Shown here: one piece after another, positions 37,316 to 49,450 of the stretch
Position numbering within the stretch: position 1 is the stretch's first letter
How the letters are laid out: every line of letters starts with the position of its first letter
DNA from: Camelus dromedarius
Taxonomy: Eukaryota
Length of the DNA: 64,000 nucleotides
Reading direction: 5' to 3'
NCBI RefSeq assembly: GCF_036321535.1
Contig: NC_087437.1
Location: forward strand, 45,510,001 to 45,574,000
Made by a program: the position numbers and the translations under genes
Notes under the pieces: generated by a model
Database searches by the model: none
What the model was told of the DNA's origin: nothing
What the model saw: only the letters and a program-made list of their open reading frames with translations

Positions 37316-40300
37316 ATGGCAATAAACACACATCTATCATTAATTACTGTAAGTGTTAATGGACTAAATGCTCCAGTCAAAAGACACAGAGTGGCAGACT
37401 GGATAATAAAGCAAGAACCTTCAATATGCTGCATACAAGAGACCCACTTTAGGGAGAAGGACACATATAGATTGAGAGTGAAAGGATGGAAAAGGATATT
37501 CCATGCAAATGGAAAAGCCAAAAAAGCAGGTGTTGCAGTACTGATTTCAGACAAAACAGACTTTAAAACAAAGGCTATAAAGAAAGATAAAGAACGACAT
37601 TTTATAATGATTCAAGGAGTGATACAAGATGAGGATATTACACTCATTAATATATATGCACCCAATATAGGAGCACCTAAGTACATACAAGAATTACTAA
37701 CAGAGATAAAGGGGGATATTGATGGGAATACAATCATAGTTGGAGATTTTAACACTGCATGAACATCGCTAGACAGATCTTCCAGACAGAAAATAAACAA
37801 GGCAACAGAGAAATTAAATACTACAATAGAAAAACTAGATTTGGTGGATATTTTCAGAGCATTACACCCCCCAAAAATAGGATATACATTCTTTTCAAGT
37901 GCACATGGAACATTTTCCAGGATCGATCATGTACTTGGGCACAAAAGAAACCTCAACAATTTTAAGAAGATAGAAATTATCTCAAGCATCTTTACTGACC
38001 ACAATGCCATGAAACTGGAAATCAACAACAGAGAAACAAAGGAGAAAAAAAGGAAAGCATGGAGATTAAACAATATGTTATTGAAAAAACAATGGATCAA
38101 TGAGGAAATCAAAGCTGAAATTAAAAAATACCTTGAGACAAATGATAATGAAAGCACAACCACTCAAAACCTATGGGACACAGCAAAGGCAGTGCTAAGA
38201 GGGAAGTTTATAGCGATACAGGCCTTCCTCAAAAAAGAAGAACAATCTCAAATAAACAATTTAACCCACCACCTGAATGAATTAGAAAAAGAAGAACAAA
38301 AAGCCCCAAAAAGCAGCAGAAGGAAGGAAATAATAAAGATCAGAGGGGAATTAAATACAATAGAGATTAACAAGACCATAGAAAAAATCAACCAAACCAA
38401 AAGCTGGTTTTTTGAAAAAGTAAATAAAATCGACAAACCTCTGGCCAAACTCACAAAGAAGAAAAAACAGAGAGCACAAATTAGCAAAATAAGAAAGGAA
38501 AATGGAGAAATTACAACAAACAAAATAGAAATACAGAATATCATACGAGAATATTATGAAAAACTATATGGAACAAAACTGGATAACCTAGAGGAGATGG
38601 ACAAGTTTCTGGAAACATACTGTCCACCAAAACTGAATCAAGAAGAATCTGAACACTTGAACAATCCGATCACTAGAAAGGAAATAGAAATAGCAATTAA
38701 AAACCTCCCTACAAATAAAAGTCCAGGACTGGACGGCTTCACCGGGGAATTCTACCAAACATACAAAGAACTCATACCAGTCCTTCTCAAACTCTTCCAG
38801 ACGATTGAAAAGGAGGGAATACTCCCAAACTCATTCTATGAAGCCACCATCACCCTGATACCAAAACCAGGCAAAGACACTACAAAAAAAGAGAATTATA
38901 GGCCAATATCACTGATGAACATAGACGCCAAAATCCTCACCAAAATTTTAGCAAATAGAATCCAACAACACATAAAAAAGATTATACATCATGACCAAGT
39001 GGGGTTCATCCCAGGGACACAAGGCTGGTTCAACATACGCAAATCAATCAGTGTAATACATCACATCAACAAGAGAAAGGACAAAAACCACATGATCATC
39101 TCAATCGATGCAGAAAAAGCATTTGATAAAATTCAACACCCATTTATGATAAAAACTCTCGCCAAAGTGGGTATAGAGGGAACATATCTCAACATAATAA
39201 AAACTATATATGACAAACCTACAGCCAGCATAGTACTCAACGGTGAAAAACTCAAAAGCTTCCCACTAAAATCTGGGACAAGACAAGGATGCCCACTATC
39301 ACCACTCCTATTCAACATAGTCCTGGAAGTCCTAGCCACAGCAGTCAGGCAAGAGAAAGAAATAAAAGGGATCCAAATTGGAAAAGAAGAGGTAAAAGTG
39401 TCATTATATGCTGATGACATGTTACTATATATAGAAAACCCTAAAAGGTTCACACAAAAGCTACTACAGCTGATTGAAGAATTCAGCAAGGTAGCAGGTT
39501 ACAAAATTAACTTTCAAAAATCAGTTGCATTTCTTTACACTAACGATAAATCAACAGAAGAAGAAAGTAAAGAAACAATCCCCTTTAAAATAGCACCCAA
39601 ATTAATAAAATATCTGGGAATAAATCTAACCAAGGTGAAAGAATTATACATAGAAAACTATAAACCACTGATGAAGGAAATTAAAGAAGAATTTAAAAAA
39701 TGGAAAGATATTCCATGCTCTTGGATTGGAAGAATCAATATTGTTAAAATGGTCACACTGCTCAAGGCAATCTACAGATTTAATGCAATCCCTATCCAAT
39801 TACCCAGGACATATTTCACAGAACTAGAACAAATCATAATAAAATTCATATGGAACCATCAAAGACCTAGAATTGCCAAAGCATTACTGAAGAGAAAGAA
39901 AGAGGCTGGAGGAATAACTCTCCCAGACTTCAGACAATACTATAGAGCTACAGTCATCAAGACAGCATGGTATTGGTACCAAAACAGACATATAGACCAA
40001 TGGAACAGAATAGAGAGCCCAGAAATGAACCCACAAACTTTTGGTCAACTCATCTTTGACAAAGGAGGCAAGAATATACATTGGAATAAAGACAGTCTCT
40101 TCAGCAAATGGTGTTGGGAAAGCTGGACAGCAGCATGTAAAACAATGAAGCTAGAACACTCCCTTACACCATATACAAAAATCAACTCAAAATGGATTAA
40201 AGACTTAAACATAAGACAAGATACAATAAACCTCCTAGAGGAAAACATAGGCAAAACATTATCTGACATACATTTCAAAAATTTTTTCCTAAAAGAAATA

Positions 40301-41107
40301 AAAGCAAGAATAAACAAATGGGACCTAATGAAACTTACAAGCTTCTGCACAGCAAAGGAAACCAGAAATAAAACAAGAAGAAAACCTACGGAATGGGAGA
40401 AAATTTTTGCAAGTGAAACTGACAAAGGCTTGATCTCCAGAATATATAAGCAGCTCATACGACTCAATAAGAAAAAAATAAACAACCCAATCCAAAAATG
40501 GGCAGAAGACCTAAACAAGCAATTCTCCAAGGAAGACATCCAAATGATCAAAAAGCACATGAAAAAATGCTCAATATCACTAATTATCAGAGAAATGCAA
40601 ATCAAAACTACAATGAGGTATCACCTCACACCAGTCAGAATGGCTGTCATCCAAAAATCCACAAATGACAAATGCTGGAGAGGATGTGGAGAAAGGGGAA
40701 CCCTCCTACACTGCTGGTGGGAATGCAGTTTGGTGCAGCCACTATGGAAAACAGTGTGGAGATTCCTCAAAAGACTACGAATAGACTTACCATATGACCC
40801 AGGAATCCCACTCCTGGGCTTGTATCCAGAAGGAAATCTACTTCAGGATGACACCTTCACCCCAAGGTTCATAGCAGCACTATTTACAATAGCCAAAACA
40901 TGGAAACAGCCTAAATGTCCATCAACAGGTGACTGGATAAAGCAGAAGTGGTATATTTATACAATGGAATACTACTCAGCCATAAAAACCGACAACATAA
41001 TGCCATTTGCAGCAACATGGATGCTCCTGGAGAATGTCATTCTAAGTGAAGTAAGCCAGAAAGAGAAAGAAAAATACCATATGAGATTGCTCATATGTGG
41101 AATCTAA
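37316..41107 (+). pseudogene. L1 ORF2p (APE endonuclease, reverse transcriptase, C-terminal CCHC) interrupted by one in-frame TGA at 37760-37762
   Basis: ORFs 37316..37762 and 37841..41107 share a frame, and the sequence between them reads ...[19 protein letters not shown]... Motifs present: VNGLN, CCIQETH, NIYAPN, GDFN, RIDH, TDHN (EN); [24 protein letters not shown] (RT); [18 protein letters not shown]. Confidence 0.95.
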
Positions 41108-41524
41108 AAAAGAAAAAGAAAAACAAACAAACAAACAAAAACAAAGCGTAAATAAAGGACAGAAATAGACTCACAGACAGAGAATACAGACTTGTGGTTA
41201 CCAGGGGGGTGGAGGGTGGGAAGGGATAGACTGGGATCTCAAAATTGTAGAATAGACTACACTGTATAGCACAGGGAAATGTACACAAAATGTTATGATA
41301 ACTCACAGAGAAAAAAATGTGACAATGAGTGTGTATATGTCCATGAATAACTGAAAAATTGTGCTGAACACTGGAATTTGACACAACATTGTAAAATGAT
41401 TATAAATCAATAAAAAATGTTAAAAAAAATAAAAAAATAAAAGAAGTATTCATTGTGTCACATATAGTTTTTTTGTTTTGCTTTGACTCTAGATGTTTTG
41501 CATGTCATCAAATACAGTGGTGAT

Positions 41525-41760
41525 GATGCCTAAAGATTCCAGCCTCTGGAACCACAGAGCTGGTTCAAATTTGCAGCTGCATAAATGTACTGGCTCTGCT
41601 GCTCCAGGTAAGTTACTTAACCTCACTATGCCTCAGTTTCCTAACTTTTAAAAATGTGGATAAAAAACTCACTTTATGCAACTGTTCAGGGCAACAAATA
41701 ATCTGACATATGTAAAGAGCCTAACACCATTCCTTACACACAGTCTGCACTGAATAATGG
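41525..41760 (+). mobile_element. MIR SINE
   Basis: Core GGTAAGTTACTTAACCTCACTATGCCTCAGTTTCCT...TAAAAATG and tail ATGTAAAGAGCCTAACAC. Confidence 0.75.
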
Positions 41761-43424
41761 CAGTGAATGTAATACCTACCTTGATTGTATTATTTAAATG
41801 ATAGCATTGTCATCCGTTACCTAGTTGTACTGCAGTGTTTACAGCACGTCTGAGAACACTGACTGCAAACGGGAGGAACAAATGTTTTAAAGCAGTCTGC
41901 CTGATTTGAGTGTTTTTGTTTTTGTTTTTTTTACTTTAGAGTTTAATTTTAATCTTTCATAGGGTCAGCAAAACTCAAAACATTTTTCCAATTATGATCC
42001 TATTTTTTCTTTGAAAAGAAAGTCTGTTGCATTGTTTCACCAGTATTCTTCCCAAATAATAATACTGGAGAGATTTGCTGTTCTTCCCTCTTAAAGAGGT
42101 CACAAAGGGTCAGCATTGCTTCAGGAAGTTTCCTAAGAAAAGCCACTCGTTCCTGGCTGGGCATGGGCAAGTGCTTACAAGAGGACACCGCAAATAAGCA
42201 CTGATTGCTGATACCATTAACGAGTACAGAAAATGTTCTTTTATTTCACTAAAAAGCATACTGTAAAATTCTGAATGTGTGCACGGTGCTACTCAGAAGA
42301 GAATTCTCCTTATCAGGATAAAAACCACCAGCATCATCTTGAAATTATGAACCATTTTATTTTAAAATTTCACTCTAAAAATATCTAAGTGCCCACTATG
42401 AGTATACGATTGTATTAAGTGTAGTGGTAAGTGTAAGGATAATGTAACCTCTGGCAAGCTAGCTCTTTTGTTCTGTCTGTTTCTACTCTTTAATACTGGA
42501 TCCAGCTTGATTGCCACAAACTACACAAAGTTTGTATACTGTTCTCTATTTGTATTTTAAATATGTCTATAAATAGCCCCAAGTATGCCTCAGCACCGAT
42601 CTAAAAGACATTTGGTGATGTTAGCCTATTGATTTGAGTTCCTTAGAAGATTTGACACAGTCTAAAAAAATTTTAAGTTCTTCTTTGAATTCAGAAAGTA
42701 TGCTCAATCCTTCTTCCTGTGCCTAAATTAATTACATTCTTCCTGACCCATTCTATACTGCCTAAGTTGTTACGGGAATTAAAGTAAAAGGCAAACGGAG
42801 AAAATTTTGTTATGGATCGAAAGAAACTTTAAGAATATTACAGAATTGTGGAATTTTTAGAACTGCAAATGATACATTACATACTGAGTTTTCCAGGTGC
42901 CTAAAATTTACCTTGAATTCTAGAAGGAACACAAAACTCCTTCCTTCTCCCATCTTCCTGAACCCACCAATAAACTCTGAACCTGAGAGAAACATTAATA
43001 GTGATCAAGATTAAAAATGGTGACATTATTGGACTAAAGTGCTGATGCCAAGGATTTAAACCTTTCTGTTTGGAGAGAAGCCATTTAAGTCATTTTAATT
43101 CAGGTAGCTCATTCCACTGGGATTTGTCCTTATTTTGGACTCGCCTCACTTTGGTTCTCTCTTCCCAAATTTGTCCAGGGGGGCCTGGGTCTACTTTCTG
43201 CTCAGAAAAGGCTCGATGTTCAGAAGCTATTTAGACCAACTAAGGCCCTAGGGGAAAAAATATTCCCATGTTTCCTTAAAGAGATTTCCCCTGGACTTTT
43301 CATCTAGACTGCTCTCACCATCGCAGTGATAAAATCAAGAGGACTGAGCTTAGGAGACAGGCATTGGAGCAAATACATAAGTCCTCTTGGGACCTCAGTC
43401 TTTTTTTTCTCTCAATGCCTTTCT

Positions 43425-43579
43425 TAGGTGAGACCCATATGATAACCCATGAGACAATATGATAATCTGCTTTACTCAAATTCTACTGATTTAAATGTTA
43501 ATCTCATCTTAAAAGATACTTTATAATGCATCTAGGTACTGTGGCCTCACCAGGTTAACACATAAAATTAACCATCACA
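43425..43579 (-). mobile_element. MLT2 (ERVL LTR) fragment
   Basis: Ends in AACACATAAAATTAACCATCACA, the reverse complement of the MLT2 5' start; also contains ACTGATTTAAATGTTAATCTCATC. Confidence 0.7.
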
Positions 43580-44002
43580 TACATCCATGTAATTAGCCTC
43601 ATGAAAGATTTTAAATGTATACTTAATCTTTTCTAAACTGAAGATAGGTAGAGAAGTCCCTTATTTTTACATAAGCTGATAAAAATTGGACAGCCTTAGC
43701 AGGTGTCCCATCTAAAAGAAACATCAGTAACAATAAAATAAAATCAGTGAAAAAATACTGATTAATATCTTTAGAAGAGGAAGCAAAGGGAAACTACATT
43801 CAAAACACGGAGCAATGCTTTAAAACAAAGTTCCTCAATTTTTTTCATTATCCAACATAGTATCATAGCTACCCCACTATCTCTGGTCTCCACCTTCTAG
43901 ACTCATGTGTTTAAAATCCTCAAAAACTCTTAAAACTCAGCTTTTCCTGCTTCCTTTTCTCCTTTTTTTCTTTCCATTCTGTCAGCTTTTCCAGAAGTAG
44001 TC

Positions 44003-44357
44003 TGTTATGGACTGCATGTTTGTGTCCCCCCCAAGTCACATGTTGTAATCTCAGCCCCCAATGTGATAGTGTCAGGAGGCAGGGCCTTTGAGAGGTGATT
44101 AGATCTTGAGGGTCATGAATGGAATTAGTAATATTGTAAGGGGTGGAAGAGACCAGAGGTGCCCTCCTCCACCATGTGAGGACAACACAGCCAGAAGATG
44201 GCCATCTTTGAACCAATAAGCAGATTCCCACCAGACAGCAAATGTCTTGCAGCTCTGACCTTGGAACCCCCAGACTCCAGAACTGTGAGAAACAAATTTC
44301 TATTGTTTATAAGCCACCCATCAATGGTATTTCTTTACAGCAGCCTGAACTAAGACA
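44003..44357 (+). mobile_element. MaLR solo LTR (MLT1A-like)
   Basis: TGTTATGGACTGCATGTTTGTGTCCCCCC...CCAGAACTGTGAGAAACAAATTTCTATTGTTTATAAGCCACC...GCAGCCTGAACTAAGACA. Confidence 0.88.
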
Positions 44358-47300
44358 TAAGTTTTGTTCCCCCAGTTGTCTATGTTTATAACTGGTCCTT
44401 TTTTCCTTTAGCAGTGTCCTGCTTCACCCGCTACTCTGGTCAGCACGTGAAAGGTCTGAGAACCCGGCTGACACAGACAGGGAAGGCAAGGAAGACGTGG
44501 GAGGTTTTAACAGTCAAATGTTAATTATTTAGAAAATCTTCATTATATCTGGATTTTTAAAATTCCCATATTATTGTTATATCTCATAGTGGACATAATT
44601 TCCATAGATACATACCAGTCAAATTCTCCCAAAACCCACCCAATCTAGACCAGACCTCAACTTCATCCATCAACCACTTCCTTTCACATTTTATGAACAG
44701 CAGAAATTCAGAACTTCCTGCAATCTCTGAACGTGTATTTTCCCATTTCTATGTTGTTACATGCTATTTATTTGGTTTTAGTAAGCTCTCCTCTCTCATC
44801 TGCCTTGGTAACTGCCCATGCATAATTTAACACCCAGCTCAAATATTGCTCTCTGAAACCTTTGCTAGTCCTCTTAAGCCAAGAGTCTTTCTCATCTCTG
44901 GTTCCATTACACTGTGAACATACCACAAACAGTGCTTTTCATGTTACAGTGGAACTACTGATTTATAAATCTGTCGAATCAAATGGAATTACGTAAGAAC
45001 TAGACCCTTATTTTCTGTATCTCTGCATTCACAATCTTATTAATCCAGACCTTTGACTACAAGAGATTGAAACCCATTTCGTGGAGAAACTACCGGGATA
45101 CTGTGGTTCACTAACTGATGCATCCTAGATTTCGTGATCTCAAATCAGTAACTCCAAAGGAAAGCAAATCTTTCTTCTCAAACCTCCACAGATTAATCCC
45201 CCATGAGTCACAGGCTCATCTAAACATTTAGCATTAAAAAAGTACGATGATTAGCTCAAGCTAAGTCAAATGCCTATCACTGTGGGCTCAGAGGACATCG
45301 GCTTCACAAGCATTGCCCTTCCAGGACCACAAAGTGAGAAGGGGAGCCCGTGTAGAGAGAGGACAGAGACACTAAGAGAAAGAAAGGCTTGGCTATATGA
45401 GAGGCAGCCGAAAACCAGCTTCCAGAGTGCTTCTCCGGAACTTGGCACAGTATTTGGCATTTGATACCTACTAAACAAATATTGAATTAATAAATAAACA
45501 CCAGCTCTTCTCTTGTGTCCTAATAATGCTCCCAGGATCTATCAACAGATTTATCAACACACTGCATTTCCAAAGACAATTACAGTCATTCACCTCCAAT
45601 TTCACAACATTAAATTCTGATACTTCACGAACCACCTGTTCCTCAAACATTTCCAACTTATAACTGTGAAAATCTAATAATAATGCCACATAAAAAATAA
45701 TTTAGAAATTCTATAAATAATACTAAGCCTTGTTAAGGTTTAAGCACACGTAAATATACCACATGAACATATACAGGTATATGTAGACACACATATACAC
45801 ACACACCTTATATGTATGCACACACACATATACAAACATAGAAAAGGAGGTCATTCTCATATCAGAGAAATAAATCTCAGTTTAGAGGTACCAGCCTGTA
45901 AACTTGATGAAATTTGTTTTGCAATCCGCCCAACAGCTACACACAAAAGATGTTCTTTTATTCCGTACACAAATCAAGCAGGTTTTATAAGGAGAAATTT
46001 AAGTTTAAAGAATAGATTCCTCCTGTTTGGGATATTTTAGGCATTGTTTTGTCCCAAAAAGAAAAAAAGAAGGGAGATGAAAGCAAAAGAACAACTGAAT
46101 AATACACAACAGAGTAAAGGTAAGCTTTCATGGTCTTTTTCTCAGATGTCATGTTTAGATCAATCTTTCATTATTGAAGAATATGGTCTTTAGCAATCAA
46201 GCTTCAAAGCAATCAGAAACATCTTTAAAGGTGCAATCTTTATGTTTTTTAAAGCTGTAATTAAAATAAGTCATTTTCTTTAACTTTGTTTCTCTAAAAG
46301 AAGCCATTAACCTTAAAATATCCTCTCACTTTAAATAAAAACCCAGGATTGATACACAATCAGTGCAAATAAAAACAATCTCTCACAATAACATTCTACA
46401 GTCTTTCATTATCTTTTCACTACCCCCTTATCCTTGGAGTTATTCTCAGCAGCATCTGAAACCCAGAAATTGTGTACAGCAGATATTTTGTCCAAACTTG
46501 TCAAAAATAAGCAACAGGCAGAGTTATATGCAAATAAAGCCATTACTGAATCTGTAGGAGCCAAATGAACTATACAAGGTGTTAATTAATTTTGCATTTC
46601 TAACATTTCAGTCGTATCTCCTTGGAAGTGGACACCTACACAAAGAAAACAAATGTAACCACATGTAGCTACTAGGTACAAAAAATATTAATACATGAAC
46701 GCAAAACTTTTCTTGGATAACATTTATATTTTCCATTAGCATCTGGCTTCTTTTTCAATAAAGTTCAGTATTTGTGACAGCCTTTCTTTCAGAAATGTGA
46801 AAGCTTCCTTACTGTGAGCATTTCAAATGTTCAGAAATACCAACTGTGATTCAAATGATTTATAAGGTCATCAACTAAGAAGAGCCATGTATACTGAATT
46901 TCCAAGTACCCAAACAGAGGGAAAATGTAAGGAGAGGGGAGAGGTGTGCGTGTGTGTGCACATGCATGTGTTTACATAAGTGTATACGTACACTTGGGGA
47001 AGTAGCTTCTAAAATGGATAGTGAGATACAGCAGTAATAAAACCAGAAGTGGAAGGTAGACTATAAAACAGAGCTCTCAGCTCCTCGATATTTCTTTAGC
47101 CTTCCATAGCATCCAGCATACCAGCTTACACATAGTAGGTGCCCAATGATCATTGGTTTGAATTGATTTGAGAGAGGATAAGTAAATTTGAGTCAGTACG
47201 TAAAGTAAAATACCTATAACTAAAGTCTCCCTTCAAACAAGGACAACTTGATCCACTTTATTCTTAATACTACTACTAAGACCCGTTTGTTTAGAGCTTA

Positions 47301-47419
47301 CTATCAACCAGACAGTGGAACAGATGCTTCATACGGTAGATCTGATTCAAACCCTAAAGCCATCCTGTGCGTCCTAACTCATACATGAGGGAAGGGGAGC
47401 ACCAGGTTCTGAAGGATTC

Positions 47420-47640
47420 TCACGGGCTATGCCTTCCTCCTGGAATGCTCTTTCCCTAGTTTTAACATGACTGGCTCCTTCCCCTCCGTCCAACCTCAGG
47501 TTAAATGTGATCCCTCACAAAGGCCTTCTCTGAGCCCATCTCCTTTTCCTCACAGCATTTTCCTAACATGTTATCATTGAGTTTACTTGTTTGTTTATTC
47601 ATGATTTGTCTCCCCCATTAGCATAGTCACTCCATGAGGG
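47420..47640 (+). mobile_element. L2 3' region
   Basis: CCTCCTGGAATGCTCTTTCCC...ATGACTGGCTCCTTC...AGGCCTTCTCTGA...TGTCTCCCCCATTAG...CTCCATGAGGG. Confidence 0.7.
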
Positions 47641-47657
47641 TGGTGGATAAGAAGAAA

Positions 47658-48112
47658 TCATATATATATAAAAAAATATATATATAAGACATATAATATA
47701 TACATACTAAACATGATATTTTATGTATATATTAAATATATTTTAATAATTTTAAGATATTAAGTATATTTAATGCTACATATATGTTAAATACTAATAC
47801 ATATTAAACATATTATATTTAATATATATTAATATATTAGTGCTACATGTGAAACATATATAAACATGTTTAATACATAAGCATATATTAATTATATATA
47901 ATATGCATACATATATACATATTAAATATGTCATTTATTATATAATTAATGTATAATATATACATATTATATATGTATATACATATAACATTATATACAA
48001 TATATACATATAATATATAATATGTTTAACATGTTTATGTATTTAATATACATTTTAAATATATATTAAATATATGTTTTTATATACTTTTATATACTTT
48101 ATATATATATTT
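47658..48112. repeat. ~450 bp degenerate (TA)n / AT-rich low-complexity tract
   Basis: Almost entirely A/T, with recurring ATATAT, ACATAT and TTAATA units. Confidence 0.9.
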
Positions 48113-48249
48113 GTTTAAGTGAACTAATAAATATCTCAAATATCACAGAAGTAATAAGGTAAGAATACTTACTTGACTCCAGACCTAAGCTGCTGGATTC
48201 CTGGCAACAGTATTTATTAACCTGTTTTTAATGTATCCATTCTGTCCTT

Positions 48250-49450
48250 TTTTATTGAGTGACTACCACATTGCAATCACTTTTCAGAGTAGTGAGAAAG
48301 CAATAGTGAACAAGGTGAAAAAAGAACTTGAATGACTTACTGTATAGTGGACATAAACGGCAAAGAAACAAGCAGTCACACTGAACAGTAAGTACCAGGA
48401 GTAAATGAGAGACAAGTGACCAATTATGGGGACAGGGAGTGGTCAAGAGATATCCCAAAGGCAGTGAAGTCTGAAAACAAGTGAAAGGTAAGTCGAAGTC
48501 AGCCACTTGGAGACAGTTAGTAGCAGAATGGAGGAGAGAATAATGGAACAATTTTCCAAGCAGAAAGAATAGCATGGACTTAGAGGTTGCCAAGGAAAGG
48601 AATGGCAGGAAATAAGGCTGGTAGGTAAGGGCCAGACCATGAAGGCAGTTGTAAATCAATTAAGCAATTAAGATTTAGGCTAAGGGAAACAGGACATGGT
48701 TGAAAGATAGTGACATAATTATAAGGGCTTTGGTGGGTAGAGAGACTTAGATGGAGGCTGGAGGCAGCACAACCTATTGCAGTAGTCTTGTTTAGAAATT
48801 GTAGCCAACTATAAATGGGGAACAGTAGGACAGACAGAAAAAATAAGCACATTTGAGAAAGACTGTGGAGTGAAGACTAGAAGGGAAAATCAATGGGACT
48901 TCAGTGATTTTTATGTAAGAAATGAGGAGGAAAGGAAAAAAATGAAGATAACTTCCAGGTTTATGGCATGAGCAATCAGATGCCAATACTGAGATGGGAA
49001 AAATAAAAGGAAAAACCAAAAACTAAATTCCCCCAGAGCAATAGAATGGGCAATGGGAAATGGTGGTATGGAAAGCAATGAGTGCCTGGGGTGCATGTTG
49101 AGTTTGACAACTTTCTCAGACCTTCAAATTTAGAGATACAGGCTGAGAGTTCAAGAATAAGTTCTGGAGCTACAGATTTTTGTCTTCATCAGCATCGAGA
49201 TGCTTACTGAAGACATATGAGGGATGAGGTGGTCCAAGGAAGGCATGTAGCATGAGTTGGCCTCAAGAATGACACAAAAGGGAAATGTGGAGAACTGACA
49301 ACCTCATAAAGGACTAAGAACCACTCAGAAGACAGGGAGAAAGCTAGGAGATGTCACCAATGCCAAGAAGAGAAGATTCTAGAATGAGAGGAGCCCAACA
49401 AGCCCAAATGAGTTGTGAAGGTATACATGGACAAAACATGGACTCAACAC
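48250..49450 (-). mobile_element. L2 LINE fragment
   Basis: Starts with TTTATTGAGTGACTAC (reverse complement of the L2 3' end), followed by a purine-rich L2 body. Confidence 0.7.

Larger units (their letters stand above)
34321..41438 (+). mobile_element. Full-length LINE-1 retrotransposon (~7.1 kb), young and near-intact
   Basis: GC/CpG-rich 5' UTR, ORF1, ORF2 (EN, RT, CCHC), 3' UTR with AATAAA at 41409-41414 and A-rich tail. Perfect TSD AAAAGAAGTATT at 34309-34320 and 41439-41450. The 5' copy follows TTT, giving the canonical L1 endonuclease TT/AAAA site. Confidence 0.98.

Noticed and set aside
36110..40605. Minus-strand ORFs of 60-186 aa within the L1
   Set aside because: Expected antisense shadows of A-rich L1 coding sequence (F/L/S/I-rich), with no domain signal.
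37841..41107. Independent 1088-aa gene
   Set aside because: It is the part of L1 ORF2 downstream of the premature stop, and it begins at TTG rather than ATG.
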